Positions 1 to 12,240 of a DNA stretch of 64,000 nt are shown piece by piece. Position numbers and translations under genes: made by a program. Source of the stretch: Octopus sinensis (lineage: Eukaryota); contig NC_043002.1 in the NCBI RefSeq assembly GCF_006345805.1, forward strand, positions 97,898,001-97,962,000, in the 5' to 3' direction. Under the pieces are notes generated by a model. That model did not search any database, had not been told where the DNA came from, and saw nothing but the letters and a program-made list of their open reading frames with translations. Each line of letters begins with the position of its first letter. Positions within the stretch are counted from its first letter, which is position 1.

Positions 1-320
1 CGTCGGTTACGATGACGCATGTTCTAGGTGATCCGTTCAACGCAACAGTCTGCTCCTGGAATTAATGTGCAAGTGGCTGAGCACTCCACAGGCATGCGTA
101 TCCTTAACGTAGTTCTCAGGGAGAATCAGAGTGACACAAAGTGTGACACAGCTGGCACTATAGAATACAAGTGCCACTAATTTATACTAGCTGGGTGGAT
201 GGACTGGAGCAACGTGAAATAAAGTGTCTTCCTCAAGGACACAACGCATCGCCGGGAATTGAACTCACGACCATACGATCCCGAGCCAAATGCCCTAACC
301 ACTAAGCTACGCACCTTCAC
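1..320 (-). mobile_element. tRNA-derived SINE, family A (V-domain-like centre)
   Basis: The reverse complement has a tRNA-like head (gcttagtggttagggcattt...gtgagttcaattcccgg) followed by gtgtccttgaggaagacactttatttcacgttgctccag. Homologous to 17230-17559 and 58279-58620. Confidence 0.8.
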
Positions 321-657
321 CTGCAGATACACCAACTGGATTATAGTTTAACATTTATACACGTAAATACTGTGGAACTTATATATATATATATGAGTAA
401 AAACTCACTACTAGTCTTGAGAAGCCGGCCCTTCTCAAAACCATGAAGGACACAGTGTTAATTAAGAAATTATAGCTACAAACCATTAATGGAAATGTAG
501 AAATATACCGAACATTCAGATGCTCACTATGTGATGAGTACATATACATAAATACAAGGAAACACACAAACATGTATACACATACCAAGTCAGAATATAA
601 AGATTCACTTATACAGTGACAAACATGTTCAAATACACACACACACATACACACATG

Positions 658-688
<31 letters not shown>

Positions 689-877
689 TAGATATATATA
701 TATATAATATAGTTGTACATAATATATATATATATATTATGTACAAATATATATATATATATATATATAGATATATAAACACGTACATATATATCTATAT
801 ATACGTACAAATAGCTATATATATGTACAAATATATACATATATATATGTATATATATATATGTACAAATTATTATT

Positions 878-1241
878 CTTTACTCTTTACTCTTTTACTT
901 GTTTCAGTCATTTGACTGCGGCCATGCTGGAGCACACCTTTTAGTACTTATTCTATCGGTCTCTTTTTGCCGAACCGCTAAGTGACGGGGACGTAAAACA
1001 CCAGCATCGGTGTGTCAAGCAATAGGGGGACAAACACAGACACACAAACACACACACATATACATATATATACATATATACGACAGGCTTCTTTCAGTTT
1101 CCGTCTACCAAATCCACTCACAAGGCATTGGTCGGCCCGGGGCACAGCAGAAGACACTTGCCAAGATGCCACGCCGTGGGAATGAACCCGCAACCGTGTG
1201 GTTGGTTAGCAAGCTACTTACCACACAGCCACTCCTGCGCC
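878..1241 (-). mobile_element. tRNA-derived SINE, family C (CORE-like centre, internal TA/TG microsatellite)
   Basis: The reverse complement begins ggcgcaggagtggctgtgtggtaagtagcttgc, contains cttggcaagtgtcttct and ends ctccagcatggccgcagtc...aaacaagtaaaagag. More than 12 copies in the window. Confidence 0.85.
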
Positions 1242-1284
1242 TATATATATATATATATATATGTACAAATATATATATATATGT

Positions 1285-1333
<49 letters not shown>

Positions 1334-1486
1334 TGTACAAATATATATATATATATACGATATACATATATATATATCCATTACAGACACACACACTTGC
1401 ATATATGTCTATGTACCTACATAACAAAAAATGTGTGTGCATGTATATGTCTGTGTGTGTGCGTGAGAGAGCGAGAAAGCAAGAGT

Positions 1487-1520
<34 letters not shown>

Positions 1521-1531
1521 GAGAGAGAGAG

Positions 1532-1573
<42 letters not shown>

Positions 1574-1930
1574 CTACCCGTGGCTGCCAAGAGAACTATT
1601 TAACCACACAGACATGTCTGCACCTGGAACGTGTTGACTAAAGAAGTATTGTTGTTTTAATCACCATGACAACAACAGCAACAACGATGATGGCAATGAC
1701 AGCGAAGGGGACGACGACGACGACGACGACGGGACGGCAATAACAGCGACAAAAATAACAGTGTTCACTCAGCCACCACCCACTACAGTACTCGCCACCC
1801 CCGAAAAAAAAATCAACCAGCTCATCAAAAGAGAACACGGGTCCAAGGCTGAAACCTCTAATTGTTCTTTTCTACTCTAAGGCACAAGGACTGAAATGTT
1901 GGGGGAGTGTGTGTGGGGGGTGGGTGGGCA

Positions 1931-2375
1931 GTCGATTAGATCGACTACAGTACGCATCTGGTACTTAATTTATCGACCGCGAAAGGATGAATGGCAAAGT
2001 CGACCTCGGCGGAATTTGAACTCAGAATGTACTCAGGCAGAAACGTTAGCACAGTATTTCGTCTGCCGTTACGTTGTGAGTTCAAATTCCGCCGAGGTCG
2101 ACTTTGCTTTTCATCCTTTCGGGGTCGATAATTAAGTACCAGTTACGCACTGGGGTCGAGATCGTGTAATCGACTTATACCTATGTCTGTCCTTGTTTGT
2201 CCCCTCTATGTTTAGCCCCTTGTGGGTAATAAAGAAATAGGTACTTGATTTATCGACCCCGAAAGGATGAAAGGCAAAGTCGACTTCGGCGGAATTTGAA
2301 CTCAGAACGTAAAGACAGACGAAGCACTGCTAAGCATTTCGCCCGGCATGCTGACGTTTCTGCCAGATCGCAGCT
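1931..2375. mobile_element. Cluster of three family B SINE copies: 1931-2030 (-), 2035-2240 (+), 2241-2375 (-)
   Basis: All share gagttcaaattccgccgaggtcgactttgcctttcatcctttcggggtcgata. The + copy carries the 3' tail gtcccctctatgtttagccccttgtgggtaataaagaaata. Confidence 0.85.
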
Positions 2376-2514
2376 TTACAATCTAATACTTCTATAATAG
2401 CAAATGGCAATGGTAACTACAACAGCAGCAAGAATAGCAGAAGTAGCAGTACATCCACTACCACTATATTACCACCACCACCACCACTTGAATAAGTGGT
2501 TTCACATGAATGTG

Positions 2515-2649
2515 AATAAATTAAAAATAAAATTAGCGTGCAGAAATGGAATAGTCCAGATGGATAATAAAAAATTAAATTAAAGAAAAGACTATTGTCT
2601 ATAAAGTATACAATGTAGAGAAAAAAGATTTGAACACCTGGAGGAAAGC
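2515..2649 (+). pseudogene. Left half of a decayed Tx1-like ORF1 relic (host of the insertions)
   Basis: 2585-2649 reads EKTIVYKVYNVEKK, then after a -1 shift RFEHLEES. This aligns without gaps to KTVTYRTQDKNTKKLARVEIV of the ORF1 at 2948 and continues at 9505 as TFEKCLG. Confidence 0.7.
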
Positions 2650-4296
2650 TATGTGTGTTGTTATCTGTGATTAGACGGTGAAATTTTTTCTGTGTAAATT
2701 GATTTGATATCGCGCGAGGCGTTTGCCTCCACGTGTGGAAACCTTCCGAAGAAGGTGAATTGACCCTCTAGTCATGGCGACTTACGCGGGGGTCACCGGG
2801 AAAAATAACGATTCGTCGATAATCATATAGGAGGTTTTCTTTGAGAAGGATAAACTCAAAGAATATGAAAAGCTCTTCAAAAGGGAGGGTGATAGCGTAA
2901 AGCTAATCCCCCCCGCGAAAGCAAAAGAGGATAAAGAAAGCAAGACAGTGACATACAGAACCCAAGACAAAAATACGAAGAAACTGGCAAGAGTGGAGAT
3001 AGTCGAAATTGAAAAATGTCTGGGAGACATAATGGGGAAAATAACCTACGTGAGTAGAGGCAAGAAATTTGGTACGGTGGAGGTGAGATGTGCAACGGAA
3101 GAAATTGCAGCCTCACTGGCTACCACCGTACTAAGAGCCGAAAAATTCACAATGTGGCCCTCATACAAGGGAAGAAGAGGGGTCCGGGTTAAAATCCCGA
3201 ATATACCCCCAGAAGTGAAAACAGAATGGCTGGCAACAGCTATTCTAGGAGCAGCAGAAGAGGAAGTGGAGGTGGAATCAATTAAGGAGTCCAACGCGGT
3301 AAACTGGAGAGGATATGGAGTAGAGTTGTGGTTGATGGCCACAAAAGAGGATATTGAAAGGTTCCCCTACAGAATTGAAATTGAAGAGGAAAAAACCCTC
3401 AGCGTAATTGTAGAGGGGAGAAAACCAAACTGTTACTTGTGTGGGACAAGGGGGCACATTAAAAAAGAGTGCCCGTTATACGAATTCGTAGCGGAGTGCG
3501 AGCAGAAACTTGAAGAAAAGAAGAATACTGTAAATGAGAAAGAAAACATAGAAAAGGAAACAAAACAACAAGAGAAAGGAAATAATAAGTCAATGAAGGA
3601 AAAAGAAATAAAAAAAAAAGAAAGAAATAGAACCAAAACAGAGTCAGGAAAAAAAAAGGAAAAAGAAACAATAGGAAAAAAACAAGAGAGGGATCAGAAT
3701 CAAACGAAAAGAAAAGGAAAAAGAAAAGGAACACAAAACACGAGAGAAAGAGAACAGAGAAAGAACCAAAAAGACAAGAGAAGGAAGGAGAAAGAAAAGA
3801 AGGCAAAAAGAGAGAAAGAGAGAAACAAAGAGAGGAGAACAAGGAAGAAATAAGCCCGAAAAGGAAAATGAAGGAAAACGTAGGACGGAAACAAGATTAC
3901 TATTACTACAAGTTAGTAACCTTCCATTTCTGCCGTGAAATGAAAGACTTGACATGTAAAACGGAGGGACATATATGGGTCAACAGGATGACCGATCGGT
4001 GGCAGGAGACTGCTCTAATCCCCGAAGAAAGAGTCGCTGAGTTCCTCAGAGCTGCCGGAGAGAGTGTAATATTTTACACGAAGGTTCGAATGAGAGAGCG
4101 GCTGCCTGAGGGCTCAGTGATAGACTAACCTCTCGATTCCGGGGATCGAGTGGGCATTTACATCTCATTGTAAATATTCTTTCATATGTCATTTTTTACT
4201 TTTATTTGTTCCTTTTCTTGTCATTCGCTTTCTTATTTTAAGTTCCCCGATTGTATTGTCCCATCTATGTTCGCCCCTTGTGGGTAGTAATAAAAT
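2650..4296 (+). mobile_element. Non-autonomous ORF1-only L1/Tx1-type retroelement (E1), ~1.65 kb
   Basis: 5' UTR, ORF1, then a 170-nt 3' UTR ending gattgtattgtcccatctatgttcgccccttgtgggtagtaataaaa (shared with E2). Flanked by the 15-bp direct repeat cacctggaggaaagc (2635-2649, 4297-4311). No ORF2 sequence. Confidence 0.8.
2774..4128 (+). pseudogene. ORF1 (gag-like) of E1 with CCHC zinc knuckle; one stop and one frameshift
   Basis: ATG at 2774 (MATYAGVTGK), in-frame TAG at 2828-2830, knuckle CYLCGTRGHIKKEC, Lys/Glu-rich linker. A -1 shift in the A-rich tract before 3850 leads into the C-terminal ORF 3868-4128. Confidence 0.75.
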
Positions 4297-4523
4297 CACC
4301 TGGAGGAAAGCTATCTGCGTGTATAGTAAGTTATTATATTTTGCCGTCGTATTTATTCTCTCCGTTATAATCTACGGTGTGTCTACCTGTCTTTGTTTAT
4401 TGCTGTACAACTGTTGAAGTCAGCCTTCGTGCGAGGACTTCGTGGTGGTGTTCCCCCCTCCGTGGGGGAAAAAATATCATTTATCTTGGATTTACCAAGG
4501 GCTTGTTAAGCCAGTTGTTCGAG

Positions 4524-5674
4524 ATGGAATCCCCCATCTCATATTCTCCCGTGACTAGTGAAGAAGAATCTCCGGCGGTGTCGCCAAAGAAAAAAGAGGC
4601 GGTGTCGCCAAAGAAAAAAGAGGCGGTGGCGCCAAAGAAAAAGGAAACCCCTGCACCAGCACCAGCACCAGCGAAAAAATTCTCAGAAGTAGCTGGCAAG
4701 AAAATCAAAAAAATAAACGTCGAAGACTTGAAAAAATATGCGGACTGTTTTACAAAAGAGGGCACGGAAGTGACAGTGGTCTCAAACGCCCAAAAACATG
4801 AAGAAATCGAAAAAAGAATAATAATCTATAAGACCTTTAATACGACAACCAAAATGATACAAACAATTGAAAAAAAATCGAGAATTGTTTAAAACCATTA
4901 ATGGACAAGATCACATACATCAACAGAGGAAAGAGATACGGCACAGTAGAGGTGCGTTTCACAACAGAGGAGATAGCAAAAAAACTGTCGATGGAACCAA
5001 TCAAAGCGGAGAACATTGTTCTCCTCCCCTTGTATAGAGGAAAAAGAACATCGAAAATCACGATGAATAACATTCCGCCAGAGGCAGATGCCGAATGTCT
5101 GGTGGCAGCAGTCATGGTAGGCCTGGAGGAAAAAATAAACATCCTCCAGGCCACAGTAGAGGAGGAGGAATTCTGGAAAGGGCAGCGGATAGTAATAGCC
5201 ATTCAGGCAGAAATTCAAACACTGGAGGAGATTCCAGAAACCCTAAAAATAAGTGAAGACGATAGAATAACAGTTTTCGTAGAGGGCAGAAAGCCGAGGT
5301 ACTTCGGCTGCGGCAAGAAGGGTCATGTAAGGGCGGAATGCCAACCCCAACCCAAACCGCAGGAAGCACCTCAGCCAGGTGAAAAAGAAGATGAAGTGTC
5401 ACCAGAAGCAGCGCCGGGCGGCCCAGAAGGGACGACTGAAGGTGTGGAAGTGACAGAGGCAGCAGAACCAGCGGCAGAGGAAAAAAAGAGCAATGAGGAG
5501 GGGTGGTTAAAAATCACCAGAAAAAAAAGAAAAACGGAAACCACCCCTCCAAGAGTGATCCAAAAGAAGAAAAGAGAGTCGATGAACTCATATATGGCCG
5601 TTAAGGCATCAAACAACAGACTCGGGAACGTGTTGGCAGCTATGGCCAAGTGGAAAAATAGGAAAAAAGAATGA
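4524..5674 (+). pseudogene. ORF1 of E2 (frameshifted at the A8 run 4870-4877)
   Basis: ATG at 4524 (MESPISYSP). TIEKK continues in the -1 frame as IENCLKPLMDKITYINRGKRYGTVEVRF, matching E1 IEKCLGDIMGKITYVSRGKKFGTVEVR. Knuckle YFGCGKKGHVRAEC has its first Cys changed to Tyr. May extend past 5674 in another frame. Confidence 0.8.
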
Positions 5675-5870
5675 CCATATAGTTTACAGAATAGGCCGGA
5701 AGGATTACGGGCGGATAAAGTCCGAATTCTTTCATGACGTAGGCCCGCTAAGAATGGATTTAACATCTCCATATATATTCGAGGGCCTACGTCAGACTCC
5801 CCCACGAGGCCCAGAAAAAGAGATAAACAAAGAAGAAAAAAAAAACGAACCACTGATATAAAGGTAAGTA

Positions 5871-8800
5871 ATGGATTACATTTATGTTGGTTGTTTGAAT
5901 ATGCGCGGCCTGGGAGCAGGCTGGAAGCAAGGTCGCTTCCTGCATGATATCAGGTCGCGTAAATTAGATGTTATCGTTGCTACAGAAACCCGGTTAGAGG
6001 GGCCAAGAGGTCTACTCCCGCTGTTTGACGGCTACGAGAGTTTTTTCTCTCCTGGCAGTCCTACTGGCGGAAGTGGGGTGTTGGTCCTAATAAAAAGAAA
6101 CCGGGTTTCTGGAAAAAGTTAACTTTTGCAGATCCAGAAGGTAGGCTGGTCGTCATGGATTTGACGTTCAGTAATGGTAAAGTTATCAGACTTGTTGCAA
6201 TTTACGCACCCAACCATACAGGGCAAAGTGATTATTTTCGTGAACTAGAAAACTTTCTTGGTACTTCGCATTCATTAGTTGTGCTAGGAGACTTTAACAC
6301 AATTTGCAAAGCGGATGTAGATTGTGTTGGCTCGCGTTCAGATAGAAAAGGTAACAGTGGCTTCATGGATCTGCTAAGCCGCTTTGAGCTAGCAGATCCT
6401 TATAGGCTGGAATTTCCGAATGCTCCATTGTGGACATGGTCAAACAGCGACGGATCTTCCAGGTCATATTTAGATAGAATTCTAATTAGAAAAGTAGACA
6501 GTAAAATAGCTAAGTGTCCACAGTTTTACCCGATCAGCTACAGTGATCATAAAATGGTCACTTGTAAGCTTGACATAGATAAGGTTAAAAATAGAGGATC
6601 CGGTTACTGGAAACTTAATACGTCCCTTTTGGCGATTAAGGAGTACAAAGACCGGATTAGGGATATAATTCAGAGGGCACTATCTGGTACCATCATTAAT
6701 AACAAATGGTGGTACGCCCTCAAACGAGCCATCAAGTTTGAGTAAATTAGATATAGCATAGGAGTAGTGGCTAGAGAGGCTAGAAGGGAAACTACTCTAG
6801 TTAAGGAATTAGAGGAAGCCTTGAAAACTGGCTCTGCGGCTCAGGTGGCGTCCAAGAGACTGGTGTTAAACCAGTACCTCGAGGCCAAACACATGGGCTG
6901 CATTGTCATGGCTAGAATCCGCCATATGGGATGTGAAGGAATCAACGCCGTGAGATGGGCCCGAGTGGTGGAAGCACAGCATGGTAACGATGCCACGATT
7001 CGATCTTTGACGAACCAACAAGGTCAGTTGATAAACGAACCCGAGGAGATGTGTGAGGCCTTTCAGGAGCACTTCGCTCAGCTTTTCGGTGAGTGCGGCG
7101 GACTGGATAGGAGGGGGGCCTTTACGGACCTACTCGACGGGCTGCCGCGCTTATCGGGGCGAGATGCGGAGGGCTGTGAAGGGCCAATCACGCCTGAGGA
7201 AGTGGTTGAGGCAATGGCGGACTGCGGCGCGGGCAAGGCGCCGGGTTTGGATGGTCTACCCTATGAGTTATATAAGAGTATGCCAGACTTGTTCGGGCAC
7301 CTACTGGCGGAGGTCTATGTGAACTGGCAGCAGAACGGGCTTATACCCAGATCTGTGCGCCGGGGAGTAGTGACACTCGTCAGAAAGGACCGAGCAAGGG
7401 GGAGTGCATTGATAATTTCAGGCCCATCACTCTGCTAAACACAGAGTTGAAGATTTTGGCCAAAGTGTTATCGAAAAGATTGGCGCGTGTCGCGGATGGT
7501 CTGATCGGGGAGGCACAGACATGTGCCGTTCCGGGCAGAACCATTCAGGATAATCTCCATCTAATGCGGTATAATGATTCTGGCAAGGGTGGGGCACTGG
7601 TCCATTTAGACCAATCTAAAGCATTTGATAGGGTCGACCATCGTTACCTGGTATCTGCCCTGGTACAGTTCGGGCTGAGCCTTGGCTTCCTCAGGTGGAT
7701 TATCCAAATTTATGATAACATCGACTCGGTAGTTCGGGTGAACGGCTTCTTGTCGAAGCCGTTCAAAATCAAACGCTCGGTTCGTCAAGGGTGTCCGCTC
7801 TCCCCGCTTTTGTACGTGATGACTCTTGAGCCATTACTGCGAAAACTGAGCGGCATCCCGAGACAGCCAGGTAATGGAAAATCAGTGTCAGCGTACGCGG
7901 ATGACATCACCATCATCGTAACCGAAATGGACCACCTATGTAAAGTAGGCAAGGCCATAGAGGTTTACGAGACGGTGACAGGAGCAAAAGTTAATCGCGA
8001 AAAGTCAGTCGGCTTGCAACTCGGCACCTGGAGAGGCAAGTCGATGCCTCCTGACAGCGTCGTGGGACGTTGGACGGAGGGTCCGATTAAATTGCTAGGG
8101 GTCTGGTTCGGTCCAGACCTCCAAATAGAGAAGAATTGGGGCGAGGTAACAAACAAGGTGGCTGCAGTAGCCAAGACCTGGTCTTGGCGGTGGCTATCCT
8201 TGAAAGGGAGGGCGGAGGTGGCCAATGTGTTTATCGCATCGGTTATCACCTACCGCCTTTCCGTCGTTCCTTGCCCTGATTCGTGGTTGATCAAGTTGGA
8301 AAGACAGCTCTTCTACTTCTTGTGGAAGGGCCGGAAACCACTTGTGAAACGCTCTACTTGCTGTCAACAACCGTTAAAGGGTGGGCTAGGGATGCCTTGG
8401 CTGATGATGCGCAGACATGCGCTGAGGTTAAGACATCTGTGGCTCTACCTGGATGGTGAACGGGTGTGGTCTTCGCTAGCAAAACTGATGTTTCCCAAGT
8501 TCACTAGTTTCGGTGGATGGGAAACCTGGCTGAATCGTAGATCGAAACTTGGTACTTGGTACACGGAGTGTTGCAAGGCTCTCCTGCTATTCCGTCGCTC
8601 GGGCAACGCCTGCGGTGGGGGTTCCACCACATTCTTCTATAGAGGGTTGGTAGAGACGGAATGTGAAAATACCTTGGGGGAAACCCTAGGTTTCGACGAT
8701 AATCAGCTGGCCAGTCTGTTCCGACGTACGTTCAAGCCGAGGACACTGGACAACTTCCAGAAGTCTCTGGCATGGCAATGCTACAGAGGAGCTCTACCTG

Positions 8801-9246
8801 TTCGGGATAAATTCGCAAGGCACGGTGGCCAAGACAGTCCGATATGTCCAAGATGCGGGCGGGATAGGGAAACCGTCCCGCACGCTATTGTTCATTGTCC
8901 GGACGTGTCTGAGGTGTGGGTTTATGCCGAACAGCTGTTGTCAGGTACACGAAGAGTACAGCTGTCGACTGAGTCGATTACAAAAATTGACCCACCGGAT
9001 TTCCTCGCGAAAGAAGGTAAGTTTTGTTTTCTCGTTGTAGTAGCAATTGCGAAAGAGGTGATATGGAAGACGAGAATGAAAGGTCTACAGTCAGGCAAGT
9101 TCATCTCCGGCCCTGGTTTGATGAATTATTTCATCTTTCACTTGAAAAGGAAGATAGGGCTGGAGAGAATATGCCTGACTAGGAGAGTGTATGAAGAACG
9201 ATGGAAAGATGTAGCACGAAAGTTGCGAGTGAAAGATACAACATAA
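5871..9246 (+). pseudogene. ORF2 of E2: APE endonuclease + reverse transcriptase + C-terminal zinc domain
   Basis: EN motifs GCLNMRGL, ATETRL, YAPN, LGDFN, SYLDRILI, SDHK. RT motifs DNFRPITLLN, LDQSKAFDRVDH, VRQGCPLSPLLY, AYADD. C-terminal CPRCGRDRETVPHAIVHC. Broken by 1-nt shifts near 6115 and 7398 and a TAA at 6743-6745. Confidence 0.92.
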
Positions 9247-9504
9247 ATGTAAACCAAACGAAACCAAAAGTATCAGTGGGGAGGCGGGGCTCGTGGGGTC
9301 CGAGCTAAACCCGCACCCACTCCACCCGTAATGTCTTCCGGTCTGTCCCATCATTCGATTTTGTGTCTATTTTGTAATTTCATGTAAATTTTTAAATTCG
9401 ATTTATTGTAAAAACCCATTCGTGTGTCTGACCCCACATCAGATTGTATTGTCCCATCTATGTTCGCCCCTAGTGGGTAATAATAAAACAACCTAGAGGA
9501 AAGC

Positions 9505-9790
9505 ACCTTTGAAAAGTGTCTTGGCGCGACTATAAAAGATATCTAAACAGAGGCGGTAAATTCGTCACTATAGAAGCAAGGTTCGAGTCAACGGAGCATG
9601 CAAGGGAGTACTCAACTCGAACTTGCAAAGTGGAAATATTTTATTTTTACCTTTATATCTGGGACGTAGTACGTCCCGGATAAAAATTTTAAATGTCCCC
9701 CACCCCCAGCAGTAGAGGTAGGCTGGATTGTAGCCACACTTCTATACAAGAGGGAGGACAAGATACAATTCATCGAAATTGCAAGAGACG
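9505..9790 (+). pseudogene. Right half of the decayed Tx1-like ORF1 relic
   Basis: With frameshifts it reads TFEKCLGATIKDI / NRGGKFVTIEARFESTEHAREYSTRTCKVE / PLYLGRSTSRIKILNVP / PAVEVGWIVATLLYKREDKIQFIEI, colinear with E1 and E2 ORF1. Confidence 0.75.
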
Positions 9791-9994
9791 GACTTACAAT
9801 TCCAGTCTGTTATATATTTTGAGTATTGTTATCACTAGCGATATCAAGATATAACTTTGTATTTTGTATTTTATGTGTAGATGTATATATATATATAGAT
9901 GTACATGTAATATGTACACACACATATATATATACACATATATACATGCACTAGCACTATGACCCAGCAACGACGGGTCATAATGCTAGTATAT

Positions 9995-10045
<51 letters not shown>

Positions 10046-10047
<2 letters not shown>

Positions 10048-10200
10048 CAGGCTTCCACTCAGTTTCCGTCTACTAAATACACTAAGACGATATTGGTCGG
10101 TCCGGAGTTATAATGCAATACACTTGCCCTATGCGTGGTGCAGTGGGATCGAACCTGGAACCACGTTGCCCCAACGCGAGCTTTTTAACGGCACTGCCAT
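10046..10200 (-). mobile_element. Family C SINE, 5' fragment (diverged)
   Basis: gacaggcttccactcagtttccgtctac...cacttgccct...gatcgaacctggaaccac. Confidence 0.65.
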
Positions 10201-10534
10201 GTCTAATCAGAAATAAAAATAAATTAAGCTGTATTCACATGGACTGATTCTCCAACTTGCGATAACTAAACTTACTAACGCTATTTAATTTATGTCAAGC
10301 CAGCCTATCTTTATTTTCTAATTCATGCATAATGTAGTAAGAGACATTCTGAGACTGTGAACATAACACCGCCCACAATGAGCGAAGACTCTTTTTAAGC
10401 GTGGAAATACTCGGTAGGAGTTCTTTCACATTCCATTGAACAGCGCCTAAGCTGTCTGTGCATCTGAATCTAAATGCAAACGGCAAACGCATACACGCAC
10501 ATATGCATATACGGACACACACACACACACACAC

Positions 10535-10579
<45 letters not shown>

Positions 10580-10668
10580 GCGTGTGTATATATGTACACA
10601 CAATGTTTACACATATATATATATATACATACACATAGGTATATGTGCATGTATGTATCCTTCAAAGC

Positions 10669-10707
<39 letters not shown>

Positions 10708-10735
10708 ATTATATATACATATATATATATTATAT

Positions 10736-10801
<66 letters not shown>

Positions 10802-11021
10802 ATACACATACATATATGTATATATATGTATGTGTATGTATATGTATGATATACATAAACATATATATACACACATATACATATATACGTACATATACAT
10901 ACATATACATATATATATATGTATATGAATATATATATATATATGTATATATGTTTATGTATATATATATACATATACACACACACATATACATATATAT
11001 GTATATATACATATATATACA

Positions 11022-11060
<39 letters not shown>

Positions 11061-11282
11061 ACTTTGATACTTTGAAAGGTTTCGGCCATTATTGGCCCAG
11101 GCCATGTCTAACTTAATAGCACCACCTGGTATATATATATATATGTACATATGTTGCTTGTGTGTGAGTGTATGTGTGTGTATTATTAGTTACGTAATAA
11201 AAATACACTCCCATTAGGATATATATATATATCTAGGCTTTGGATGCCTTTGTTTATTACGTAACTAACTGTATATGTAATG

Positions 11283-11360
<78 letters not shown>

Positions 11361-11912
11361 GCATGCATGCTTCTGTGTATTTGTACGTGCTTGCGTGTGT
11401 GTGTATGCATAGAAACACATACATACGTGCGTGTGCACGCACAGGCTCACACATATATTCAATGTCTGCCCATTAGAAATATGTGTGTAAAGATATATAG
11501 AAGTAGACAGGTGCTATGCTGAGTGAATTTCAACTGTAATGTTAAACTACTGGAGAATGCTGGAGTAGGTTTATGTTACTGTAAATAACGTGTTTTAAAG
11601 TTCTTCAGATCGCAACGGCGTGCATTGTTTAGCGCATTTTACAAAGATAACCCTTATAGAATTTCGACTGGAAGAACCAAAACCACATGCAAACATGTTA
11701 TGTATATGTCTAGTTATATGGGATGATATTTTTCATCGTATAGAACGTTAGACCGCTGATTTCCATGAGAAATATACGCACTGTTTGCTGCGTGATGAGA
11801 GCAGTTCTGTTTTCTGATACAGTTATTAAAATTTAGTTAAGTCATATTTTAAATAATGAGGGGAGAAAAGATCGATGGTTATATGTAGTTAATATTATGT
11901 TTATTGTTAGGG

Positions 11913-12240
11913 CGCGCGAGCTAGTAGAATCGTTGCCATGCCCTGCAAAATGCTTAGCGGCATTTTGTCCGGCCTGAGTTCAAATTCCGCCGAGGTCGAC
12001 TTTGCCTTTCATCCTATCGGAGTAGATAAAATAAGTACCAGTTGGGCACTAGGGCAGATGTAATCGGCTTACCTCCTCCTCCTTCACCAAAATTTCAGGC
12101 CTTGTGTGTACAGTAGAAAGGATATTTCTTCCGTCTCGTTAGGTTGTAAGTTCAAATTGTACCGTGGTCGATTTTGCCTTTCATCTCTTTCGGGGTCGAT
12201 AATGTACATTGAGGTTTCGTATTGGCACGATGTAATCAAT
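11913..12240 (+). mobile_element. Two diverged family B SINE fragments
   Basis: gagttcaaattccgccgaggtcgactttgcctttcatcc, and a second partial gttcaaatt...ttttgcctttcatctctttcggggtcgata. Confidence 0.7.

Larger units (their letters stand above)
4312..9490 (+). mobile_element. Full-length L1/Tx1-clade non-LTR retrotransposon (E2), ~5.2 kb
   Basis: ORF1 + ORF2 (APE endonuclease, RT, C-terminal zinc motif), then a structured 3' UTR ending attgtattgtcccatctatgttcgcccctagtgggtaataataaaa. Flanked by cacctggaggaaagc (4297-4311) and acctagaggaaagc (9491-9504). Confidence 0.92.

Noticed and set aside
4870-4877. Programmed -1 frameshift in E2 ORF1
   Set aside because: The homologous E1 ORF1 is in frame here, so a homopolymer error or mutation is simpler; mentioned only as a caveat.
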